Source: Azolla caroliniana (taxonomy: Eukaryota; Plantae; Polypodiophyta). From it: a stretch of 64,000 nucleotides of DNA. Numbering within the stretch: the stretch's first letter is position 1; each line of letters opens with the position of its first letter. This document shows positions 31,219-41,710 of this stretch, piece after piece. The position numbers and the translations under genes are program-made. The notes below the pieces were generated by a model, which made no database searches, was not told where the DNA came from, and worked only from the letters and a program-made list of their open reading frames with translations. The stretch spans positions 7,130,001 to 7,194,000 of the forward strand of contig JBHGNT010000003.1 in NCBI GenBank assembly GCA_043228905.1, written 5' to 3'.

Positions 31219-33279
31219 AAAAGGAAGCAGGTGGAGGAAACGACACTACCGGCCCCGGAACCCCAAACACAGCCGAGCAAGAGAAGATGACTCAACCGTG
31301 AGTCCTCGGCAGAACAGAAATAGCAAGCCTTAGTTGTCAGACAGAGCAACCTGGCCATCATCCCTGAGGAGGCATCGTTGAACCAGGGAAAGATCGAGCA
31401 TGGGCAGACAACGTAGATGTCGGAGGATGAAGTCCTCGGGTATAAAGACCTCCCCGCGGAGGCTTACGAATTTAGTGCGCTCCTACGCCTCGGTACGACA
31501 TTCGAGCTGGTCGACTTCCTCGCTAGAGCCCAAGTCGCGGCAGCCGCTCGAATGGCGGAAGAGCACGCCGAAACAAAAATGATTCAATGCGCGCTATTAG
31601 GTGAAATTGAGCCCCAAGACGACATGGCTTTACAAAAAATAGGGAGAAAGAAGTAGGCAAAACAGGCCGCTCTCCTCATGGAGGTCCCCGAGTTGAACAC
31701 AGCCCTTATCGAGACATATAGGGACCTGGATCGCACTACGCGGGCAGCCAAAGACATGGCCCGAAAGATAAAAATAGCCCAAAAATAGGCTAAGATGGCT
31801 ACGGAATTATGGCACGCTGCGAAACAGAAGTTGGCAGCCTGGGAGCAAAATCGGCCGGAACAACAACTCTTGAGCCTTCCGGCCACGACCACCGAGGCCC
31901 TCCCAGCCCCTCCACGCATAACAATGATGGATGAAAGCACCGTCACAAATTCAATCCTGACGATTCAGGCCAGCACACAAATGGTCGATGCCTGCACAAC
32001 AACTGAGGCGGCCACGCCCATGGAGAAGACCGAGATACCACCCCCTCATCCACCCAAGGAGGTGGCAACCCAGACAGAACCCCCGCTCTGGGATTAACCT
32101 AGCGGAGCTTAAAGAAGAACAACGACGAACCGAGAGACACGAACAACGGCATCATGAGGCGATGGCTCGCCTAAAAGAAGAAGCTTCCAAGCAGTTGGCT
32201 GAGATTAGAGCCCAGGCCGACCAAAGGATACACGAGCAGAACGAAGCACTAGGTCAGGTATAAGCGCAAGCCGCGAGCAAAGAAGTCGAACTCAAAAGCA
32301 AGCTCAAGGAATACGCAGCCACAGTGGAAAAGAAAGAGAAGGAGGTCCTAGACCTATAGGCCACGCTCAACAATGCGAAAGACTGGAACCACCGGCAGGA
32401 GGAAAGAAATCGCCAACAGGAGGAGAGAATGATCGTGGAGAATGCCGAGCTACAGAGTCAGCGTACGACCCTTAAAGAAATGGCTGACGAGTTTTTCATC
32501 AAATGCAAGCTACTTTCGGAGCAAAAAGACGAATTATCTGATTCCTACTTCGCCCTACAAGAAGAGAGAATCGTCGAACGGGAACAAGTCTGGGCCGCGT
32601 GTCGAAAAGAATGGGAGAAAGCTACCGAAGAACTCACCAAGCATTACGAGCAGTCTATCCAGCTCGTAATCGCGGATGCAAAGAACACTCAAGCCACCTA
32701 TGAACTACTAGCAAAGAAGCTTCAGGCCGAGGTCGACGGCTTAAAACAGGAATTAGCAGCCATCCGAGCACAGCCCGGCATGGATGAGACACGCATCAGA
32801 ATACTGATCGAGAAACAGTGCCAGCACCTTACCAAAATGGTCGAGGAAACATTAAGTCGCTCAGGAGACGAATGGGCAGCCCAAGCTGCCGAATTGCATA
32901 TTTTACGCGCCGACGCCGAGAACCGACGGAAGGAGGGCCGCGGCTTTTACAAAATGGACGAAGCCAGCATACAAAACCTGCATGCAGATTTAATCGAGGA
33001 TTACTAGTCCTTGGCAAAATCTCACACCGCGGCAATCGAGCAAATACTTGAAGACTTCAATGACGGTCAGATGTTGTTTCGCCTGGAAGCAGAAGCCTTC
33101 GAACGAGAACGACTCGCAACCATCCCAACCAGCCCTCCAACGGCCATAGAGCAGAAGGAAGAACCTTCCAGCGAGGGGATCACGGACACGGCACAGGAGG
33201 AACTTGCCATGGCCAACAGACATCCCATGGACGCCCACACGGTACCAGACCCAGTCGAAGTAGAGGTCAGCGCCCTCGA
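31219..33279 (+). pseudogene. ORF2 of C, middle/coiled-coil part (multiple stops)
   Basis: AAELHILRADAENRRKEG matches AAELQMLRADVENRRKEG in D ORF2. Confidence 0.85.
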
Positions 33280-36200
33280 TGTCGAATACATGTGTATAAT
33301 GGACGTATTCACACTATCTCGTTTTGGCCATTTATGTAATTAGCATAAAGGGTAGTTGCCCTAAGTCGGTCACTATATATAGTGACCTTGTAACCTCTTT
33401 GTAAGTTTGGCTGTTGTATTATTGCTTTGGGGTAATAGAAAGTCTTTTGTGTCTCTCTCTCTCTCTCTCTCTCTGTGCAACGACCTACAAACTGTCATAC
33501 GCAGGTATTCAGAAAGGAATCGAATGCTTCTCGATCTTCCGCACAGACGACATTGTCTTCAACATCTGGTATCAGAGCCTGCACAGTAGTCGGTCCCTCA
33601 ATCCGCTGTCGGCCGTCGTCTCAGCATTCGGTTTCTTGCGTCATTCGAAGAAGAGAGAAGAAAAAAAAAAAAACCAGGTTTGCATCTCATCGCGTTAGAT
33701 CATCTCTGCTTGGAGTAAGCCAGCAGGTTGTACTCCGTTCCTTGTGATTGTAACTGCTCGAGGTGAAATCCCCTTGTGCAACATTGACACGATTCGTGCT
33801 TCATTCGGTTAAACGGCATCCGAAGAGGTCATCAAATGCCGCTCGTTGTAACCACTCGGTGCAGATCGGTCTCAAGACAACAACCCCAAATTCGTGCTTC
33901 ATCAGGCTGATCGACATTCGAGAGGATCAGTTAGATCCATCTCTCTCGTCGCTGCAGTCACCCGAAGCAGAATCGGTCCAGATAATCGGTTTCAATTATC
34001 GGTATTCGGCATATATATCCGAAGCGAACCGGGCTCACTCCGACTCGGCAACATTCGGGAAGACCAGTCGGTTCTGTCCCTCAGGCTACCGGAGTCAATT
34101 CGAGCAAGTTCCGAAGCCGAACCGACTCGGGTTCAAATCCGACTAGAACGATATCGGGTGAGCCAACCGGCTGCACTCCAACAAGGTTCGTAGTCAACTC
34201 CGAACCGAGCTTCGTCAACCGAAACCGAATTTGATGGCATCAACATCCGGCTCGTCAGAAATGAGTCTACGAAAGTTCGATGGATCGAACTTCAACTTCT
34301 GGAAGGAGCAAATGCAGGACTATCTCATAGTCAAGGGGCAAATCGATCCCATCGAAAATGAAGAACCTCCAGAAGGATACAAACCAATTGAGTGGCAGAA
34401 GCTGGACAGAATTGTCCGCGCCACGATTCGGATGCACCTATCGGAATCGGTATACTTTACGGTGCAATCGTGTACGACAGCATTCGAACTGTGGAAAACA
34501 CTGTCGGACACTTACGAAAAGAAGGTCGCCGCAACGAAGATGTTTCTGATCCGGCGCCTCTACAACTTGCGGATGAAAGAATCCGATTCGGTTCAAGCAC
34601 ACCTCAATGAGTACGAAAGCATAAGCTCCCAAATCTCATCTCAAGGGACGGCAATCGAGGATGAACTCAGAGCAATGATACTCATGAGCAACCTTCCCTC
34701 ATCATGGGAAACTTTCGTCACAACCGTGTGCAACGCGTCAACCACGGCTGTTAAATACTCCGAAGTCACGAGCGCAATCCTGACCGAAGCAGCTCGGAGA
34801 AAGTCTTTCGCCAAAGACTCAACAGACGACGCTTACGTAGTACAAGGTTCGACAGACCGATCGAACATACGAGGAAGAGATTCCTCACGGCCGCCGAACA
34901 ATTAGCGAAGACGGAGCCAGTCACGGGATAACCGAATCTGCAACTATTGCAAGAAACCCGGACACATCAAAGCCGACTGCCGCGCACTCAAGAACAAGAA
35001 CAACAAGAAGAATGGCCGGCATGAGGAGATCAATTACGTCAGCTTCTCAGCTGATGTACTACCGGACGACCCGAATATACTATCAATCGAAAATCCAGTC
35101 GGATCAGAAGTCCTACTCACGACTGAAGAATCGAGCACATGGCTCTTAGATTCGGGCGCGTCATTTCACGTGACTCCTCATCGATCCCAATTTCGGCAAT
35201 ACACGATCCGTCACTCCGACTCAGTTCGGGTCGGTAACTCGCAACACTGTGACATCATCGGAATCGGCAGAGTAGAGCTCAACCTTGCAGGTGGCTCTAC
35301 ACTTGTACTCCACAATGTCCGACATGTACCCGAGCTCTCAAGGCCATTGATCTCAGTCGGACAACTAGATGAAGACGGCATTCGTGCCGGTTTTTCTTCG
35401 GGAGGGTGGACACTCCACAGGGGGAACCTCCTGCTTGCTAGAGGACCCAAGATACACTCCCTGTATCCGTTACATGTTACGCTCAGAGAGGGTAACCTGT
35501 TTTTGGTGGATATTCCTGTGTCATCACTATGGCACCGAAGATTAGGACACCTCAGCAAGGCCGGCATCACGCACCTATCTAGAGCCGGATACATCCCCAA
35601 ACTCTCCTTCTCCGACCATCAATTCTGCGAGCATTGCCAGTATGGCAAACAAGCAGCCACATCACACCCGACATCAGCACCAAGAGAATCGAGACCTCTC
35701 GATTTGGTCCACTCGGACGTCTGTGGCCCAATGCCGCATCAGTCTCTCGGTGGTGCCTCTTACTTCGTCACTTTTATTGACGATTCGACTCGAAAGGTGT
35801 GGGCTTATCCAATTCGCACCAAAGATCGGGTCTTCTCGATCTTCACCGATTGGCTCGCTATGGTAGAAAATCAAACCGACCGAAAGCTGAAATGCTTTCG
35901 GACAGACAATGGGGGAGAGTTTAAATCTGAAGAATTCGTCAAATTCTGCCGACAACGCGGCATCCGACGAGAATTTACGGCACCACACAGTCCGGAGCAA
36001 AACGGGATTGCCGAACGCATGAATCGGACAATCCAAGAACGGACAGTTTCCATGCTCCAACACTCCGGACTGTCGGATGGCTTCTGGGCAGAGGCTCTAC
36101 TCACGGCAGTACACATAATCAATATGTCGCCAAGTAGACCTCTAGGACTTCAAATTCCTCAGGAACTATGGATCGGCAGTAAGCCGAATTACGACAAGCT

Positions 36201-38727
36201 GAGGATCTTCGGATGCGAGGCGTACGCCCTTATTCCGAAAGATGATCGCCGAAAACTTGCACCTCGGTCCAGGAAATGCATTTTCCTTGGATATGGATTC
36301 GACGGCGAAATGGGATACCGACTCTGGGATCCCGAACGCAGACAAATCGTTCGAAGTTCGGACGTTGTGTTCAACGAGTCGGCTATGAATCCATCAGTCG
36401 AAAAACCGATCGAAGTCCGAAGGGTAACATTTTCCGATGTGCCGACCCTTCAAGAAGGCCCCGCTCTCAACACACGGTCAGCTTCACGGGTAGCTGAACC
36501 TTACACTACCGACTCGGACAACTCCGACTCGGCACAGCAGAACAATCCGCTTTCGGACCATCCGACCACGATACCCGATGCGACCAGTCCAATCATGCCT
36601 CGACGATCCGAGAGACTGTCGCAACCTCCGGAGAGGTATTCTCCTGGAATTTTCTTCACCGACGCCGGCGAACCGACGTCTTACGAAGAAGCATCGACAT
36701 CTGTCGATTCAGCCACCTGGCATCTGGCGATGGAGTCGGAAATGCACTCCATTCGGGCAAACAAGACTTGGGATCTGGTCGAATTACCTAGGAACCGACG
36801 TGCTCTTCCTTGCAAGTGGGTTTATCGACTAAAAGAGACGTCTGATTCGACCACCCCAAAGTACAAGGCCAGACTAGTTGCGAAGGGCTTCCGACAAGAG
36901 TACGGCGTCGACTTCGACGAGATTTTTTCACCAGTGGTGAAAATGACAACCCTTCGTTTCCTACTCGGCGTAGTGGCAGCCGACAACTTGGAGCTGATTC
37001 AGCTAGATGTCAAAACAGCCTTCCTCCATGGCGATCTCGACGAGGAAATTTATATGGAGCAGCCAAAAGGCTTCGTGGCAACTGGCCAAGAACATCTAGT
37101 CTGCCGACTCAGGAAGAGTCTATACGGCCTCAAACAGGCACCGCGACAATGGTACAAGAAGTTCGACGACTTCATCCAATCGATCGGCTTCTCCAAAAGC
37201 GATGAGGACCATTGTCTTTTCACCAACACAGCTCACGATGGATCACTCATCTTCCTCATCATCTACGTGGACGACATGCTAATTTCCGGACGCCACGCGG
37301 GCGAACTTGCCGATCTCATTCGGCAACTGCGGTTGAAGTTTGCCATGAAGGACCTCGGTCCGGCACGACACATACTCGGCATGAAGATCAGTCGGCATCG
37401 CGACAAACGACATCTTTTTTTGTCTCAGACCGACTATATCGGACGTGTCTTGGAACGCTTCAACATGCAATCAGCCAAATCTGCTTCAACCCCGCTCCCT
37501 ATGAATCTTCGGCTCTCTCAGCGAGACTGCCCGACATCCGGCCCAGAGGGGGAAGATATGAAGTCGGTACCGTATGCACCGGCAGTCGGCTCCCTTATGT
37601 ACCTGATGGTCGCGACACGGCCTGATATCTCTCATGCCGTAGGAGTCGTTACCAGATTTATGCACAATCCTGGCCGATCGCATTGGAACGCAGTCAAGCA
37701 TGTGTTCAGATATCTGGCTGGCACAAAAGACCATGGCATTCTTTTCGGACCGAACCGAACCTCAGGCGTAGTCGGTTACACCGACTCGGACTTCGCCGGC
37801 TGTATAGACAGTCGGAAATCAACAACCGGATACTGCTTCAAATTCGGCAATGGAGCAATCTCGTGGAAGTCGAAACTTCAGGAGTGCACAGCGACCTCAA
37901 CGACCGAAGCAGAATATGTAGCTGCGTCCGACGCGGCAAAAGAAGCTTTGTGGCTCGGTCGGCTGGCGCACACGTTTCGACAAGTCGACCATGACTCGAC
38001 TCCAGTTGTCTACAGCGACAGTCAAGGTGCTGTTGCTCTGTCGAAAAATCCGGTTCACCACAACGCCTCCAAACATATCGACGTTCGATATCACTTCGTT
38101 CGGGACTGCGTCATTTCAGGGAAAATCGGTCTAGAGAAAATATCCACAACCGACAATGTCGCAGATGGAATGACCAAGTGTCTTTCGGCAGATCGCTTTC
38201 GGTCTCTTCGGCATCAGATGGGCGTAACGACAAACCAGTCCGGTTAGAGCCGGACACAGAGCAGGATGGTTCCCGACAACCGACATCAGTTCCTTAATGA
38301 TCGGCTTCAACTGTTCCGACCCGACCAGTTCGGTCTTCTGCCTTCGGACCCTGCCGACTCGAACAAAGCTGATATGTCCGAGAACCTAAGTCTATACCTG
38401 TAATCCTAGATAACCCATGTATACGCCCATTACGGGGGAGTGTCGAATACATGTGTATAATGGACGTATTCACACTATCTCGTTTTGGCCATTTATGTAA
38501 TTAGCATAAAGGGTAGTTGCCCTAAGTCGGTCACTATATATAGTGACCTTGTAACCTCTTTGTAAGTTTGGCTGTTGTATTATTGCTTTGGGGTAATAGA
38601 AAGTCTTTTGTGTCTCTCTCTCTCTCTCTCTCTCTCTGTGCAACGACCTACAAACTGTCATACGCAGGTATTCAGAAAGGAATCGAATGCTTCTCGATCT
38701 TCCGCACAGACGACATTGTCTTCAACA
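33280..38727 (+). mobile_element. Full-length, very young Ty1/copia element H
   Basis: LTRs 33280-33564 and 38441-38727 differ only by one CT repeat unit. TSD CTCGA. PBS TGGTATCAGAGC at 33567-33578. PPT GGGGGAG ending at 38440. Confidence 0.97.
34234..38247 (+). CDS. Copia Gag-Pol of H with a single in-frame TAG (34903-34905)
   Basis: Same frame throughout: gag, CNYCKKPGHIKADC, WLLDSGAS, integrase, RT YVDDM, RNase H. Confidence 0.93.
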
Positions 38728-38952
38728 CTCGAACCCACACCCCCACCAGAAGAATTGGTCGCACCTGAGGCGGAAGCCCGAGAAGATATGACAACCCCGG
38801 ACCAAACTCAACCCCCCGCACCGACAGTCCAACCAGACCACCCTGCCACCACCTTGGACCCTGAAAACATCCTCGACATCTTAAAAGAGGAATGAAACAA
38901 GGATCACGCCTAAAAGGCAATTTTTGTAATATTGTTAGTATTTTTGTAAGTA

Positions 38953-38994
38953 GTGGGTCCGACGGACAAGGTCCTGTCCCATGGGCGTGCTAAG
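38953..38994 (+). other. tRNA-Arg 3'-end-like motif at the PPT position of C
   Basis: GTGGGTCCGA-cggacaaggtcct-GTCCCATGGGCGTGCTA-ag-LTR. Confidence 0.75.
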
Positions 38995-39423
38995 TGTTGT
39001 CCAAAGGACAGAAATGTAAAATTAGGAAATTAGCAAACGCTGAGTCCGAGTATCACGGGCCACCGACGGCTCGACCAATACTTCAGAGTGGGAGAGAAGA
39101 AAAATATAGGCGGAAGCACTAGCTGAGTCCCTCGTAACTAGATAATCTTGTAAGGTCACCGACCGTAGGCCGTGTTCTGTAATCCTTTTTCTGTCGCAGT
39201 AATATATCTTATTTGTACCCAGTTTGCTCCATGTGTCTGTGCTTTGATTCATACCTATGATTTCAGCGCCGCCCACGCCTATCAAGATCTCGCTAGTGTT
39301 TTATCTCTAAGCATTGTCTCTCTCACGACGCTTCTGTTACGAGCCTTCACGTACCAAGCCCTTGAATACCGATAGCCGCAGATCTATCGAAGGTGTTCAC
39401 CCAAAGGAACGGGTAACAATGAA

Positions 39424-40908
39424 GATGATCAAGATCGGCGTAGTTGTAGTCGTGAAGAGACATGTGATGAAGAACATGGGCTCAAGAGGGAAGATCGAGA
39501 AGGATGCAATCATAAAGAGACAAGCAATGAAGAACATCAATTCGAGGGGAATGACCAAGATACTCAAGGATGTGGTCATGAAGAGACTTTCAGCGAAGAA
39601 AGTGGGCTCGTAAGGAGAGATGAAGATACTCACGGATGCAATGGTGAAGAGACATCTGACAAAGAACGTGGGCTTGAGGAGACCAATCAAGATCTACACG
39701 GTCATGACAAAGACAAAGATCATTATAAACTCACAAAGAGTTCTCGAGATCTACAAGGTTATGATCGTGACAAAGATTATTGTGAACACAAGAGGAGGAA
39801 TCAAGCTCTTCATGGTTGTGCTAATGAAAAAGCACTCAACGAAAGTCGTGACGGTGAGAGTAGTTGGGATCAAGACTTTCATGGTTTAAAATCTTATGAC
39901 AAGTATGATAGGTTTAATGAGAACCATGAACAAGAGGAGAAGTTAGGAAGGGATAAAAACTTTACATTTAAACGTAATGATGATGATGATTTAGGGCTTG
40001 ATGATAGTAAGGGACAGTGTATTATTGATGGTAAGAGTGAGTGCCATAAGACGAATGAGGGTTATGATGGTAAAAAGTTATGCACTTTTTGTGGATATGG
40101 TTATGATAAGGGTAATGATGAGGGTGAGAGTGACGAAGAGGAATTGTGTGTTTTAGGTTGCCTTGGTTTTCTTCGGAATAGTTTTTATAAGAGTTTCACT
40201 AGATCAAATGGTGACATTCATGAGGAAATCCATTATGAAAATAGAATAGGGATTTGTGATGATGAGGGTTATGATGGTAAAAAGTTATGCACTTTTTGTG
40301 GATATGGTTATGATAAGGGTAATGATGAGGGTGAGAGTGACGAAGAGGAATTGTGTGTTTTAGGTTGCCTTGGTTTTCTTCGGGATAGATTTTATAAGAG
40401 TTTCACTAGATCAAATGGTGACATTCATGAGGACATCCATTATGAAAATAGAATAGGGATTTGTGATGATGAGGACATTCTACAAAAATATGTCCATGAT
40501 GACGTGGGGTTACATAATGATTACAAGGGTATAAGTATGGAAAATCTAGAAAATATTATTTGGGATGAGTATCATGATGATGTTGATGTTGTGAGTATGT
40601 GTGGGAAGGACAGGATTAAAGTTGATAGTATTGAGGATAATCTACAAAATGTTAGGATGGTTTGGGATGTGTCTAATGATAATGTTGATGTTGTGAGCAT
40701 GAGGAAAAGCAAGCATAAGGTGAGAAAAGACGATCCGAGGAAGTTTGATGACCAAGGAGATGGTCGAGATGAAGATGGCACATGTACGATACATGAAGAG
40801 TTACGCTCAGGAGGAGCAAAAGGGGCTACGACAAGTGGTCATGGAAATGCGAAAGGCAATCGAATGATATGGTTGTACTCAAAATGGAGGACAAAGGACG
40901 ACACGTAA
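39424..40908 (+). CDS. Element B ORF, 3' part (494 aa): D/E-rich repeats and Cys motifs
   Basis: Read by eye as stop-free from 39424 into the listed 40144-40908 ORF (same frame). Confidence 0.8.
   Translation, partial: DDQDRRSCSREETCDEEHGLKREDREGCNHKETSNEEHQFEGNDQDTQGCGHEETFSEESGLVRRDEDTHGCNGEETSDKERGLEETNQDLHGHDKDKDHYKLTKSSRDLQGYDRDKDYCEHKRRNQALHGCANEKALNESRDGESSWDQDFHGLKSYDKYDRFNENHEQEEKLGRDKNFTFKRNDDDDLGLDDSKGQCIIDGKSECHKTNEGYDGKKLCTFCGYGYDKGNDEGESDEEELCVLGCLGFLRNSFYKSFTRSNGDIHEEIHYENRIGICDDEGYDGKKLCTFCGYGYDKGNDEGESDEEELCVLGCLGFLRDRFYKSFTRSNGDIHEDIHYENRIGICDDEDILQKYVHDDVGLHNDYKGISMENLENIIWDEYHDDVDVVSMCGKDRIKVDSIEDNLQNVRMVWDVSNDNVDVVSMRKSKHKVRKDDPRKFDDQGDGRDEDGTCTIHEELRSGGAKGATTSGHGNAKGNRMIWLYSKWRTKDDT
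40055..40471 (+). repeat. 207-bp (69-aa) in-frame tandem duplication in the B ORF
   Basis: ATGAGGGTTATGATGGTAAAAAG at 40055 and 40262. Confidence 0.92.
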
Positions 40909-41006
40909 GGAAGTAGGAAATCAAAGACAAACCACCTTTTGACTCTACCACATCACTCTTTTCTTCTTGGCACATGCCGGAGGATGTGCGGTTTGGTGGG
41001 GGTGGA

Positions 41007-41710
41007 TGTCGTGATGTTCTGTGTCCAATGGGAGAAATTGTGAAATAGTGTGGCTCCACACACATTATACACATGATTATAAATATGAAAATTAGCCTAG
41101 GGTCTGATGACATTCAAGTGCATATAGAAGGCTGCAAGCAAGATTTGAACCTTGCACTTCTAAGATAGGAAGCAATTATCTTACCACTAAAGCTACTACT
41201 AAGTGCTTTAGATTTTGTATATTTCCTTCTCATATTTAGTATTCCATAGGAAACAAACATACAAAACCATGTACACAAAACCATGGTTTTAGCCTATGGT
41301 TTTGAGCATGCCACAAGGAAAACCATGTGCCCGAAAACCATGGGTTCAAGCCCATGGTTTTGTGCATGTTAGAAGGATAGATAAACCTATAAAAACCCTC
41401 GTAAGGCTTGTGTAATGGGTGGGGGATCAATCAATGGATGAATCAAACAATCTATGAATCAATCTATGTATCAAATCAAAAATTAATAATAAGAAAACTT
41501 ACTTATTTTATTGGTGATGTGTATCTATCTATCTATCTATCTTAAAAACTTCCTCAATTTTTGTTTCTCTCTCTCTCACTCTAACCACATTAGTGCGTCA
41601 CTTCAGCCGCCCATCATCCATAACCACGAGCGGATAGAGGCCCGGTGCTTGTCCGCACTTGTGACGCGCACATTCCAATGTTTGGCACGTGTGTCACGCG
41701 CCACGCGACA
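41007..41710 (+). repeat. 3' LTR of B
   Basis: TGTCGTG...CGCGACA after PPT TTGGTGGGGGTGGA. Confidence 0.95.

Larger units (their letters stand above)
9756..39418 (+). mobile_element. Ty3/gypsy non-chromovirus element C (degenerate, with extra 3' ORF), host of E, F, D and H
   Basis: LTRs 9756-10213 and 38995-39418, 5-bp TSD ATGAA (9751-9755 and 39419-39423), PBS TGGCACGCCCGGT at 10219-10231 (tRNA-Arg). Confidence 0.95.
8721..41710 (+). mobile_element. Non-autonomous LTR element B (~3.3 kb of its own sequence; contains the C nest)
   Basis: LTRs 8721-9438 and 41007-41710, 4-bp TSD GCGT (8717-8720 and 41711-41714), degenerate Trp PBS 9445-9462, PPT 40993-41006. No gag or pol recognisable. Confidence 0.93.

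Noticed and set aside
39314-39889. Lys/Met-rich ORFs listed in the track
   Set aside because: They are alternative frames of the acidic repeat ORF of B, which is the continuous frame.
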